Assembly: GCA_000995065.1 (NCBI GenBank)
Contig: LBWX01000001.1
Span: forward strand, 223,563-287,562
Source: a candidate division CPR2 bacterium GW2011_GWC2_39_35
GTDB lineage: Bacteria; Patescibacteriota; CPR2
DNA length: 64,000 nucleotides
Direction of reading: 5' to 3'
The translations under genes were made by a program, and so were the position numbers. The notes under the pieces are model-generated. The model made no database searches. It saw only the letters and a list, made by a program, of their open reading frames with translations, and was not told where the DNA came from. Positions within the stretch are counted from its first letter, which is position 1. Each line of letters opens with the position of its first letter. Shown one piece after another: positions 26,099 through 35,524 of the stretch.

Positions 26099-26486
26099 TT
26101 AGAGGAAGAACCTTTCTTATCTTTTCTACGACCTCGTCGGGAGTGTGCCTGGATTTAATCAGATAATCTCTAACGCCAAGGGCATAAATAAGCTCCTGAT
26201 TCATGTCGATCTTAGCTTCTCCGAGATTTGTGAGCATGATTACCGGAATCGATCTATAATCCGGAATCTTTTTCATTTCCTTTAAGACTTCGAAACCATT
26301 TACATCCGGCATCAGTATGTCTAAAAGAATTAAATCTGGTACTAATTTCCCCTTCAACTTCTCTAGAGCTTCCTTACCGGAATGAGCTAATTCTACTCTG
26401 TAGCCCTCCATTTCCAATTTGGTCTCATACATCTCCACCAAAATGATATCATCTTCGACTAATAAAACTGTTTGTTTCTTTGACAT
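26088..26486 (-). CDS. single-domain response regulator (CheY-like receiver only), start at ATG 26486 after GAGGAGG
   Basis: MSKKQTVLLVEDD...LDILMPDVNGFEVLKEMK...IPVIMLTN; receiver D/D/K positions present; no output domain; ORF-track N-terminal extension overlaps the kinase and is not credible. Confidence 0.8.
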   Translation of the reverse strand: MSKKQTVLLVEDDIILVEMYETKLEMEGYRVELAHSGKEALEKLKGKLVPDLILLDILMPDVNGFEVLKEMKKIPDYRSIPVIMLTNLGEAKIDMNQELIYALGVRDYLIKSRHTPDEVVEKIRKVLPLSDV

Positions 26487-26502
26487 TATGCCTCCTCTAA
26501 AA

Positions 26503-28515
26503 TTAATTATATAATGGCAAGGTAAAAGTAAAATTCGAACCCTTGCCTTTTTCGCTTTCGGCCCAGACTTTTCCTCCCTGCGTTTCAACCAGACTCTTAG
26601 TGATATAGAGTCCCAAACCCGAACCGCCGGCCTTAACACTAAGCTCATTTTGAATTCTACTAAACTTTTTGAATAATTTATCCATATCAAATTCCGAAAT
26701 TCCGACTCCCTGATCCTTTATACTTACCTCCGCCATCCCCTCATCATTTATTTTTACATCAACTCTTACTTTCGATCCGGCTTGACTATACTTAATAGCG
26801 TTACCAATAAGATTATATAGGATTTGTTTAAGCCGGTCAGCATCCGCCGAAACATTAGAAAAATTCTGAGGAATGTAAACTCTCACCCTAATATTTTTTG
26901 AGAGACTCTTTATGGTAAGTTCATCTATAACTTCCTGAAGCACTCTATTTAAAGAAATAGGTTTAATAGTTACAGATACCTTTTCAGTCTCGATCCTATT
27001 AATAACTAAAAGATCTTCGACAAGCAAAACCATTCTTTCTGTACTTTGGTAAACTCGATTTAAAAAATGAAGCTGTTTTGCTTCCAAGTCTCCAACATCA
27101 CCCTTAATAATCATCGAGAGAAACCCTTTAATGGCCGTTAATGGAGTACGAAGCTCATGAGAAACAATCGAGGTAAAATCTTTTTTCAGTTGATCGACTT
27201 CTTTTAGCTTCGTAATATCTCTTACGGTTATTATAATAAGCGACTCGCGCTCTATTTCTTTTTTAAGAACAGATAACGACACCTGTCCCCAAAACTCGCT
27301 ATTGTCTTTTCTTTTAAGAACAATTTCTATAGTCTCACTCTGATAATTTTTCTTCTCAATTTTTTGTAAGGCTTCGGAAATTGGACAATTTTTACAAATA
27401 CCCTTACTATCAACTTCAAGCCCGACATAACAATGAAAATCTTTTCCAAGCATTTCTTCTTCTTTATAGCCTACCATCTTTTCTAGGGCCGGGTTAGCAG
27501 CCAGTATTTTCCTGGTAGTTTTATTCACCACCAACACCCCATCACCGGTATGGTCAAAAACCGCTTGCCACTTTTCTTTTTCGAGCAATGCCTCTTTTTT
27601 CTGATTTTCAATATCAGTTACGTCTCTAAAATTGCTGGTGACACCAATAATTTTATTGCCGCGTTTAATTGGCGACAATCTAGTCTGTAGCGTTCTTGTT
27701 TCTTTAGAAAGCTTAAGACTAGAAAAATACTCTTGAGTTTTGCCGGTCTCAACCACTTTCGAAAAAACTTCATTCGGGTCTCTTTGTGAATCAACGCGTT
27801 GATTAAAATGTGCGCTTTGATTACTTAAGTAGTCTTTTCTAATTAATCCCCTGATATCCTTTTTCATTCCTAATATCCGCTCTGCCGCTTTATTATAATC
27901 AATTACCTTCCCTCCTATATCAAATAAAATCAGCCCGTCCTCGATAGCATCTTGAACCGTCTCCAGCTTTAATTTCTCGGACCTTATTTTTCGAATTAGT
28001 TTTTGGTTATTAATTGCAAAAGCTATTTGAGAAGCAAGGAGGGATAAGATATAAATTTGTTTGGCATTAAAAAGATTTTTGCCGTCACCGTAAATAGTTA
28101 GAACACCAACTAATTCGTCATTAATAATCATTGGCGCCGAAGCCATCGAAACAACATTTTCTTTTTCCAATTCTTTTTTCATTGATAGCGGCATGTCCTC
28201 TAATTCATGAATGTTGCTAGCCATCATTACCTTCTTATTGGAGATTGCTTTCAAAATAGGGCTGCTCTTAATCGAATTAAATGGCAACTCATGCAAACTA
28301 TCTTTAGAAAAACCGCTTACCGCCATCTTCTGTGAAATCCCGCTTTCAAAAAAAATAACACTGCTTTTTTTGACTCCCGTAAGCTTAGTTATTTTGTCTA
28401 CCGAAAGCCTTAAAATTTCATCAACGCTATAACCAAAAACATTAATCTTAGTACTCTCTTGAATTAAAAGATCTACTTCTTCTCTGGTTAGATCGGGGGT
28501 TTTAGTTCTTGTCAT
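26503..28515 (-). CDS. cytoplasmic sensor histidine kinase (GAF + PAS domains, HisKA, HATPase_c); no TM segment
   Basis: H-box SHELRTPLTAIKGF, N-box/G-boxes ...NLIGNAIKYS..., GLGLYITKSLVETQGGKVWAESEKGKGSNFTF; N-terminal GAF-like and PAS-like regions. Confidence 0.85.
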   Translation of the reverse strand: MTRTKTPDLTREEVDLLIQESTKINVFGYSVDEILRLSVDKITKLTGVKKSSVIFFESGISQKMAVSGFSKDSLHELPFNSIKSSPILKAISNKKVMMASNIHELEDMPLSMKKELEKENVVSMASAPMIINDELVGVLTIYGDGKNLFNAKQIYILSLLASQIAFAINNQKLIRKIRSEKLKLETVQDAIEDGLILFDIGGKVIDYNKAAERILGMKKDIRGLIRKDYLSNQSAHFNQRVDSQRDPNEVFSKVVETGKTQEYFSSLKLSKETRTLQTRLSPIKRGNKIIGVTSNFRDVTDIENQKKEALLEKEKWQAVFDHTGDGVLVVNKTTRKILAANPALEKMVGYKEEEMLGKDFHCYVGLEVDSKGICKNCPISEALQKIEKKNYQSETIEIVLKRKDNSEFWGQVSLSVLKKEIERESLIIITVRDITKLKEVDQLKKDFTSIVSHELRTPLTAIKGFLSMIIKGDVGDLEAKQLHFLNRVYQSTERMVLLVEDLLVINRIETEKVSVTIKPISLNRVLQEVIDELTIKSLSKNIRVRVYIPQNFSNVSADADRLKQILYNLIGNAIKYSQAGSKVRVDVKINDEGMAEVSIKDQGVGISEFDMDKLFKKFSRIQNELSVKAGGSGLGLYITKSLVETQGGKVWAESEKGKGSNFTFTLPLYN

Positions 28516-28756
28516 GTCCCTAAACTACTCTAACTAGCCCAAAAATTCAATCATAAGCAAGATAACAGAAATGAATATTGGACAATAATTAGACTTCCGG
28601 CTTAATTATAAAGCTAGCCAAACAATCCATTTTTTAATTTTTATTTGTAATTTTGAGTTTTGACTTTTGAGTTTTGAATTGGTTAGATAGTAAGTAATGC
28701 TTTATGAATATTAAAAAGATCATTAATAGATTTTTAAACAGAGGGTAAAATAAAAT

Positions 28757-29422
28757 ATGTTCCCGCTTCGTGACAATATTCCATCTCGAAAACTTCCGTT
28801 TGTAACCATAGGAATAATCTTAATAAATATAGCCGTATTTGTTTATGAACTTTCTCTGGGTAATTTGGGATTAGAAGAATTTGTTCTTTTGTACGGATTA
28901 GTACCAGGCAACGTTGATTTTAATAACACGGAGACGCTTTACCCTTTTATTTCAAGCGCCTTCTTGCATGGCGGCTGGCTTCATATTATTTCCAATATGT
29001 GGTTTTTATGGGTATTTGGAGACAATGTCGAAGATTATTTTGGACATTTTAGTTTTCTTTTTTTCTACATCCTGTCCGGCATTGCGGCTGCTATTGCCCA
29101 ATACATAATCGATCCTACATCAACAATTCCGATGATTGGAGCATCCGGCGCAGTAGCCGGAGTTCTTGGAAGTTATCTGTTACTGTTTCCGCGTTCCAAA
29201 GTCCTTACCTTGGTATTTATCTTTATATTTATTACCGCAATAGAAATTCCCGCCCCTATCATGCTGGGTCTTTGGTTCGCGCTCCAGGTTTTAAGCGGAA
29301 TTGCATCACTCGACACCGGCCTAGTTGTAGGAGGTCTCATTGCCTATTGGGCACACATTGCCGGCTTTATTTACGGCCTAGTTATAGCAGCGATAAGTAA
29401 ATTTTCAAACCCTAAAGTTTAA
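28757..29422 (+). CDS. rhomboid-family intramembrane serine protease
   Basis: FLHGGWLHIISNMWFLWVFG, catalytic GASGAVAG (GxSG) and downstream AHIAGF His. Confidence 0.85.
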   Translation: MFPLRDNIPSRKLPFVTIGIILINIAVFVYELSLGNLGLEEFVLLYGLVPGNVDFNNTETLYPFISSAFLHGGWLHIISNMWFLWVFGDNVEDYFGHFSFLFFYILSGIAAAIAQYIIDPTSTIPMIGASGAVAGVLGSYLLLFPRSKVLTLVFIFIFITAIEIPAPIMLGLWFALQVLSGIASLDTGLVVGGLIAYWAHIAGFIYGLVIAAISKFSNPKV

Positions 29423-29491
29423 CCTCTCATACACAAGTTTTTTATAGAAATAACTAGTTTTAATGAACCTCAGGCTCGCTATACTTTTTTT

Positions 29492-29863
29492 ATGACAATA
29501 AGAAAAAAAGCAAAAAATTTAAATGAAAAAGAAAAGGAAATTTTAAAAAAAGACCGAGAAAATGATTGGGAGCTATACCGGACATCAGGAGGCCAAGAGA
29601 TTCTTGAAGACTTAGAAAATCCCGAAGTAGACATCAATCTATATGCTGACGATCTCGATGCCGGCTGGAAATACGATGTAGAAACTGGTGAAGAAACGAT
29701 ATCAGGCACCGTACTTACTCCGGATAAAGACCAAATAGACGAAATTGGAAAAGGCATTGGCCTGACATACGACGTCGACGAAGAGCTAGATGCAGATAAA
29801 AAAATTAAATGGAAAGAGGCTCAGAGGTGGGAACCCCCAGAGCCGGAAAAGGAGGACAGATAG
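29492..29863 (+). CDS. acidic hypothetical protein translationally coupled to the downstream S2P gene
   Basis: 123 aa, D/E-rich; its stop TAG overlaps the GTG start of the next gene (TAGTG) which is preceded by AAGGAGG. Confidence 0.45.
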   Translation: MTIRKKAKNLNEKEKEILKKDRENDWELYRTSGGQEILEDLENPEVDINLYADDLDAGWKYDVETGEETISGTVLTPDKDQIDEIGKGIGLTYDVDEELDADKKIKWKEAQRWEPPEPEKEDR

Positions 29864-30981
29864 TGTTTCTAACAGGAGCTTTTAAAATTGCTAGAATCTT
29901 TGGAATTGATATTGAGATTGATTACTCCTGGCTTATAATATTTTCTCTTGTTACCTGGACCCTCTCAACCGGTTTTTATCCGATAAATTTCCCGGAGCTT
30001 TCTCTTAATACAAACATTATTCTAGGCACCGTTACTTCCATTGTTTTTTTTGCCTCCGTTATTTTTCATGAATTAGCCCATTCCTTAGTCGCAAAAATAA
30101 ACGGCCTAGAAATTCATAAAATTACGTTGTTTTTGTTCGGTGGTGCCTCGCAAATTGCCGAGGAGCCTCAAACTGCTAAAGTAGAGTTTAAAATGGCGGC
30201 TGCCGGCCCTTTATCAAGCCTTTTTCTAGCTGTTTTATTCTGGGTTGTCTCTTCTTCTTTTGCTAATTTATTACCGATTTATCGCCTTCCCCTATTATTT
30301 CTTGCCGAGATAAACTTAATTCTTGCCATATTTAATTTAGTGCCTGGATTTCCAATGGATGGCGGCCGGATACTTAGATCTATTATTTGGCATATTACAA
30401 AAGATTTCTACAAAAGCACTCGGATTGCCGCAGCCGGAGGCAAAATAGTCGCCTTTGGCCTCATCGCCTGGGGAGCTTCCAGAATTATTTTGGTTGGCGA
30501 CATTTCCGGAACTTGGATGATTCTTATTGGCTTTTTCTTAAATCAAGCGGCCTCCTCCTCTCTCCAACAACTTAAAATAAAACAAGTCCTTCAAAAAATT
30601 GAAGTCAAAGAATTGATGGAAAATCCGATCTCTATTCCCTCTGGATCCCCAATTTCAGAAGGAATAAGAGATTATGTCACAAAGTTTAAAACTGACAATT
30701 TTCCCGTAACTAAGAATAATCAAGTAATTGGTATCGTTGACTTAAATGATGCCAAGTCTGTTCCCGAAGATAAATGGGATGAAACTACTATCGATAAAAT
30801 AATGAAGCCCATCGATAGCTCTTATGTGGTAAGCGAAGAAGATAAGGCATTAAAAGCACTTTCTATAATGGATGCCAAGCATATAAGTAAAGTACCGGTC
30901 ATAAATAAGTTAAATAAATTTGTCGGACTTATAACCGATCAGGGATTAGATTATTATTTGACTCTCGAGCTTAAACCATAA
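29863..30981 (+). CDS. site-2 protease (M50 family zinc metalloprotease) with C-terminal CBS-domain pair
   Basis: HELAHSLVA (HExxH), NLVPGFPMDGGRIL (LDG-type motif), C-terminal CBS-like repeats; start assigned to GTG 29863 (in frame with the ORF-track 29809 start, AAGGAGG 7 nt upstream). Confidence 0.8.
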   Translation: MFLTGAFKIARIFGIDIEIDYSWLIIFSLVTWTLSTGFYPINFPELSLNTNIILGTVTSIVFFASVIFHELAHSLVAKINGLEIHKITLFLFGGASQIAEEPQTAKVEFKMAAAGPLSSLFLAVLFWVVSSSFANLLPIYRLPLLFLAEINLILAIFNLVPGFPMDGGRILRSIIWHITKDFYKSTRIAAAGGKIVAFGLIAWGASRIILVGDISGTWMILIGFFLNQAASSSLQQLKIKQVLQKIEVKELMENPISIPSGSPISEGIRDYVTKFKTDNFPVTKNNQVIGIVDLNDAKSVPEDKWDETTIDKIMKPIDSSYVVSEEDKALKALSIMDAKHISKVPVINKLNKFVGLITDQGLDYYLTLELKP

Positions 30982-30989
30982 GAATTCAC

Positions 30990-31018
30990 TTGAATTATTT
31001 TTCCCAACTACCTATAAT
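30990..31018 (+). promoter_or_regulatory. sigma-70-like promoter (TTGAAT-17-TATAAT) in front of second response regulator
   Basis: ttgaat tatttttcccaactacc tataat. Confidence 0.5.
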
Positions 31019-31024
31019 TTAGCT

Positions 31025-31426
31025 ATGATCAAAGTGTTAATTATAGAAGACGATACAGCTCTTGCCAAACTTTATGAAACCAAATTTACAAAGGAAGGTT
31101 TTACGGTTTTTATTGCAAATGACGGTCCATCCGGCGTAAGACTTTCAAAAGAAAATGCACCCGATATTATACTCTTAGATGTCATGCTTCCCCTAATGAA
31201 CGGCTTCCAGGTCCTAAAAAAAATCAGAAAGAATAAAGACACTAAAAAAATTCCCGTCATTATCTTAACGAATTATGGCGAAATGGATAACGTTACTGAG
31301 GGTTTTTTACAAGGCGCAACCGAGTTTATGGTAAAGGTAGAACACACACCTGAGGAAGTAGTAGATACTGTCACCCAGATTCTAGAAACAAATGGCAGTA
31401 TTGTAGGCGAAGCTTTTAAATCCTAA
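31025..31426 (+). CDS. single-domain response regulator (CheY-like), paralogue of 26088..26486
   Basis: MIKVLIIEDD...ILLDVMLPLMNGFQVLKKIRK...IPVIILTN...HTPEEVV; shares HTPEEVV and LTN.GE segments with the other receiver. Confidence 0.8.
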   Translation: MIKVLIIEDDTALAKLYETKFTKEGFTVFIANDGPSGVRLSKENAPDIILLDVMLPLMNGFQVLKKIRKNKDTKKIPVIILTNYGEMDNVTEGFLQGATEFMVKVEHTPEEVVDTVTQILETNGSIVGEAFKS

Positions 31427-31430
31427 GATA

Positions 31431-31625
31431 TTACTCTTTTTCCTCCGCCATGCCACACTGCCCTTCTTCCATCTGCTCTCCTTCCTCGATGATCCCTTTA
31501 ACCGTTTGACCGCCAACATGGCCTGCTTCTTCGGTGGTCCATTCCTCATGAGGCTTCTTTTCTAGCCCTTCCTTTATTTCAATGTCTTCAGCAATTCTTT
31601 TGGAAACATTTTTTTCTTTTTGCAT
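31431..31625 (-). CDS. small acidic hypothetical protein (64 aa)
   Basis: ATG preceded by GGAG 7 nt upstream; E/G-rich; 90 nt downstream of MBL gene, same strand. Confidence 0.3.
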   Translation of the reverse strand: MQKEKNVSKRIAEDIEIKEGLEKKPHEEWTTEEAGHVGGQTVKGIIEEGEQMEEGQCGMAEEKE

Positions 31626-31716
31626 ATAAACACTCCTCTCTCTTAGTAACTTTACTTTAATTAAAACTTTTAGAGGGTAATTTTAAAACCTCAAATCTTA
31701 CAAAATTTCCAAAATC

Positions 31717-32319
31717 TTACCTTGTAAATTCGTCAATCCACCGAATTTCATCTCTTAGAGTTGTCTGATCTCCGTGACCCGGATAAATCACTGTTTGAGG
31801 CAAGAGTTTTAAAAGACTTTTTAAAGAAATAATCATTTCTCTATGATCAGAAAAAGGCAAATCAGTTCTACCGCAGGTTCCCTTAAATAATGTATCTCCC
31901 GAAAAAAGATTGTCGCCAAATAAAAAACATACCGACCCTTTAGTATGCCCGGGCGTTTTAATTACTTTTCCGCTAAAACCATCAATCTTAACAGTATCTG
32001 TAAGATCATAATCCGGTTTTGGCGGTTCGGGAATAGAAATACCAAGAACTTCCCCATGCTCTTTCGCCACCCGATATTCATCGAGAGCCTCATTCTGAAG
32101 ATAAATCGGCACCTTAAGCTTTGCTTTTAAATCCTGCAGGGCTCCAATATGGTCAAAATGGCCGTGAGTTAAAAGAATAGCTTTGGGAAATACTCCGTTA
32201 AGCGTTGCGATTATCCTCTCGGCCTCATCTCCCGGATCAATAATTAAAGCAGCGTTTTCTTTTATAAGTAAATAACAGTTTGTCCTCAAGGGACCAACTT
32301 TAAGGGTTTTGATCTGCAT
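31717..32319 (-). CDS. MBL-fold metallo-hydrolase (glyoxalase II-like)
   Basis: LTHGHFDHIGAL (HxHxDH), later GHT, D, H ligands. Confidence 0.75.
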   Translation of the reverse strand: MQIKTLKVGPLRTNCYLLIKENAALIIDPGDEAERIIATLNGVFPKAILLTHGHFDHIGALQDLKAKLKVPIYLQNEALDEYRVAKEHGEVLGISIPEPPKPDYDLTDTVKIDGFSGKVIKTPGHTKGSVCFLFGDNLFSGDTLFKGTCGRTDLPFSDHREMIISLKSLLKLLPQTVIYPGHGDQTTLRDEIRWIDEFTR

Positions 32320-32328
32320 GAGATTATT

Positions 32329-32583
32329 TTAACAATTTAATTCCTCTTCCTCAACATCTTCCACCTGTGCCGTGTATGTTTCGCATTCCGCTATTTTAGA
32401 AGCGCCGGTATGAATATGAACATAAATATGTTTGGCAACACAATGAGGATTTGTACCATCTCTGTTATTATATTCACAATCTGTAGCCGAACAGCCTATA
32501 TCGACTCTCTCCTCCATCAATTTTTCACCCCCTCCCTTTTTAATAAAAATAAAAGAAGCGCCGATAGAAATCAACAGCGCCAT
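32329..32583 (-). CDS. small secreted Cys/His-rich protein (signal peptide + ~60-aa mature part)
   Basis: MALLISIGASFIFIK hydrophobic N-term; 5 Cys and HIYVHIHTG; start chosen at internal ATG to avoid overlap with upstream gene. Confidence 0.3.
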   Translation of the reverse strand: MALLISIGASFIFIKKGGGEKLMEERVDIGCSATDCEYNNRDGTNPHCVAKHIYVHIHTGASKIAECETYTAQVEDVEEEELNC

Positions 32584-32597
32584 AAAAAAATTTCTTC

Positions 32598-32978
32598 TTA
32601 TTTTGCAAAAAATATTGAGTAAATAGCAAAACCAATACCAGGAAGTCCGACCACAAGAAAAAATAGCCAAAAGCTTTTTTTAGTAAAAAAAGCGAGAATA
32701 TGCCCGATAGAAACAATGATTCCCAATATTATTATTCCCAAAAAAGAAAAATACACTTTGCTTGAGAGGTTTTTCGCAAAGTTATTTAAGGCCCATAAGA
32801 AGCCGGAAGACATAAAAACCGGTAATAAATAATTAACAACCATACTAATAAGGCTTCTGGTCTCAACGTCTTTTGTGTTTATTTCGCTCGAAAACTCATT
32901 GGTTTCTACGAGTTCGCCGCTTTTTCCAAACATCTGAAGGTCTTTTTTAGTTTGCGGATCTAAATCGAATTCTCCCAT
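32598..32978 (-). CDS. hypothetical membrane protein (2-3 TM)
   Basis: 126 aa, C-terminal hydrophobic helices. Confidence 0.4.
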   Translation of the reverse strand: MGEFDLDPQTKKDLQMFGKSGELVETNEFSSEINTKDVETRSLISMVVNYLLPVFMSSGFLWALNNFAKNLSSKVYFSFLGIIILGIIVSIGHILAFFTKKSFWLFFLVVGLPGIGFAIYSIFFAK

Positions 32979-33039
32979 AGCCCAATTTTAGCATACATTA
33001 ACCCTTGCAACAAAAAATTTCAAACGCCTATGTAAAAAC

Positions 33040-33513
33040 CTATTTTAGATCTTCTAACGATAATTCTTCAATCTTATCCTTAAGCCATTTGCGCGTCTTG
33101 TCAGCTTTTTCCTTAGCCTCTTTCACCAAAGTGAACCTCTCGTCCTCTTCCTCCTCCGACAATTCCTTTAAAATAGACCAATTACGATAATTTAAGGCCT
33201 CTAGCAAATAGGCTTCATATATTACTCTTAGAGCCTCATTATTACTAAAGACCCCGGCCTCAATAACCGCTTCAAAAGCTTCATTGAGATCATAAGAAAT
33301 ACTCTCTACGTTATCAATCAACTCTCCTCCTAAAGCCTCCAGCATCCCGCTTAATGTAGCCAGTAGCTCTTTTGAGGTATTTGCAAAACTTACAAATTTA
33401 TTTAAAATCTCTTCATTTGGCGCTAGCTCGCCATGAATTTGATAATTATTTAGAACAGCAGTTTCGACAACAATCATCTCATTTATCTTTGAGATCACTT
33501 TCGATTCATTCAT
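33040..33513 (-). CDS. hypothetical acidic alpha-helical protein
   Basis: 157-aa ORF with plausible spacing; no motif recognised. Confidence 0.4.
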   Translation of the reverse strand: MNESKVISKINEMIVVETAVLNNYQIHGELAPNEEILNKFVSFANTSKELLATLSGMLEALGGELIDNVESISYDLNEAFEAVIEAGVFSNNEALRVIYEAYLLEALNYRNWSILKELSEEEEDERFTLVKEAKEKADKTRKWLKDKIEELSLEDLK

Positions 33514-33623
33514 ACGGCTTTACTCCCTAATATCTAAATAAATTATCATTTCCTAGAAAAAATTAAATCAGCCAAAATCACAACCTGGCTTCGTAATCAT
33601 TAAATGAGAAATTATTATAGAAT

Positions 33624-34808
33624 TTAAGTTAAAGCCTTGAGCTTTTCTTTCTTTAAGTACATAGCTTTGGCAAAAGAAGCTTCGTAACCATCCGCATTAT
33701 GTTTTATCGAAAAAATCTTTTCTACCCTGTCTCTAGGCAACTCCGACGCAATCCGCTTTGCTCTTGGATAATATTTAGCAACCCGATCGATATATTTAAC
33801 CTGCGATTCGGTAACTTCGAGATCATTTTCATCAAGCCTCAGATCATCAACTGGCACCAAAACTCCGGAACCATTTACTACTTCGGTTAAAGCACCGAGA
33901 GAAGGCGCCATCACAGGCGTTCCGCAAGCCATAGACTCAATCGCCACCAGCCCAAATGGCTCGGCCCACAAATTTGTCATCAAAGTAGCCTCTGCATTCT
34001 GAAAAAGCTGCACTTTTTCTTCAAATGACACCAGACCCAAGACTTCATCCTTTGGCCCCAAATTATCCTTTATAAATTTATCAAAATAATCTTTTTCGTG
34101 CTTTTCGGCAATTTTTCCGGCCATTTTGATTGGCATATCCAGTTTATGAGCTACTTCCAAGGCAATATGAGCGCCTTTTTCCATGCAAAACCGTCCTAGC
34201 CACAAAAGATAATCCCCTGTTTTGTTTGGATCAATTGAATAGAGACCGGTATCCAAGGCATTATAAACTGTTCCTAAATGCTGGCCTTTTTCAATATAAG
34301 GAGTAAAACGTTTTGCCTCGTCATGGCTGATGCTTACGCAAAAATGTCCATTATCAGTTAACGTCTCAACCAATCCCACAAGATGATCTTTCGGCGGATA
34401 ATGAAGGGTCTGGATAACCGGAATATCACCGGTATCAATAAGCTCAACCGGATCCAACACAATATCTGCTTTAAACAAGAAACGTGAGTGATTTTGCCGC
34501 ATTACCTGAGCATGAACCGCTAACGTATGATCCCAAATGACATCCGGGTTTTCGGCAATTGCCATCTTATAAGCTAAGGCATTAGCCTGTTTTTCTGTTT
34601 CAAAAGAGACGCTTTGACCAATTGCTCCCTCTGCTGTTGGAACTAGCTTAGCCGAAGTTTGAGAATCACCTGAGGCAAAAAGATAAACATCATGACCCCT
34701 TTTGACTAACTCTTCCGTAGCCAGAGAAACTACCAACTCAATACCGCCATACTTTTGGTTTTTACCCAAAATCGGTATTACTGTCGGAGCGATTACGCAA
34801 ATTTTCAT
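33624..34808 (-). CDS. GT4-family glycosyltransferase (GT-B fold)
   Basis: EPFGLVAIESMACGTPVMAPSLGALTEVV (E-x7-E GT4 motif). Confidence 0.8.
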   Translation of the reverse strand: MKICVIAPTVIPILGKNQKYGGIELVVSLATEELVKRGHDVYLFASGDSQTSAKLVPTAEGAIGQSVSFETEKQANALAYKMAIAENPDVIWDHTLAVHAQVMRQNHSRFLFKADIVLDPVELIDTGDIPVIQTLHYPPKDHLVGLVETLTDNGHFCVSISHDEAKRFTPYIEKGQHLGTVYNALDTGLYSIDPNKTGDYLLWLGRFCMEKGAHIALEVAHKLDMPIKMAGKIAEKHEKDYFDKFIKDNLGPKDEVLGLVSFEEKVQLFQNAEATLMTNLWAEPFGLVAIESMACGTPVMAPSLGALTEVVNGSGVLVPVDDLRLDENDLEVTESQVKYIDRVAKYYPRAKRIASELPRDRVEKIFSIKHNADGYEASFAKAMYLKKEKLKALT

Positions 34809-34901
34809 AAGTCCTCTTTATTAGTGGACTAATTATAGCTCTTAAGTTATTTTTTTGCAAAGGGAAAAAATGGGCCCCTACCTAATTTATAATAATAAAT
34901 G

Positions 34902-34929
34902 TTGACACTAGAACAATCGTTCTATAATA
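34902..34929 (+). promoter_or_regulatory. lexA promoter with Cheo-type SOS box GAAC-N4-GTTC between -35 and -10
   Basis: TTGACA (34902-34907) ctaGAACAATCGTTCta TATAAT (34924-34929); box 34911-34922 matches CGAACnnnnGTTC consensus of Gram-positive-type LexA. Confidence 0.7.
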
Positions 34930-34936
34930 TTAACTT

Positions 34937-35515
34937 ATGCAAGAGATATATGAGCAAAGGAAAAGACTCCTCAATAAATTTTATGATGAAAATAAGCGCC
35001 TGCCTAGCTATTCAGAAATGCTTAGCTTATTCTCTTTAAAGTCCAAAAATACTATTGCCTACTTAATCCAAAAACTGATAGATGACGGATTTCTTGAGAA
35101 GGACCAAAAAGGGCGACTTATTCCTAAAAAACTATTTTCCGGCATTAAGCTATTGGGAACGGTAGAAGCCGGCTTCCCTACCCCCGCCGAAGAAGAGCTG
35201 GCTGATACCATTACTTTGGACCAATATTTAATAACCAAAAGAGAAGCCACTTTTCTTTTAAAAGTTTCCGGCGAGTCTATGACTGGCGCCGGAATTTGCC
35301 CGGGCGACTTGGTTTTAATAGAAAGAGGCCGGACTCCAAAACATGGCGACGTGGTGGTAGCTGAGGTTGATGATGAATGGACAATAAAAACTTTTGAGAA
35401 ATTGGGCGGACATATTATTTTAGTCCCCGCAAACCCCAAATTCAAAACCATTGTCCCCAAAGAAAGCCTAAATATCGCCGGAGTAGTCGTAGCAGTGGTA
35501 AGAAAATACCATTAG
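34937..35515 (+). CDS. lexA: LexA repressor (wHTH + S24 peptidase)
   Basis: N-terminal wHTH; Ala-Gly cleavage site VEAGFP; catalytic Ser in VSGESM and Lys in TIKTF. Confidence 0.85.
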   Translation: MQEIYEQRKRLLNKFYDENKRLPSYSEMLSLFSLKSKNTIAYLIQKLIDDGFLEKDQKGRLIPKKLFSGIKLLGTVEAGFPTPAEEELADTITLDQYLITKREATFLLKVSGESMTGAGICPGDLVLIERGRTPKHGDVVVAEVDDEWTIKTFEKLGGHIILVPANPKFKTIVPKESLNIAGVVVAVVRKYH

Positions 35516-35524
35516 AAGTTAAAA

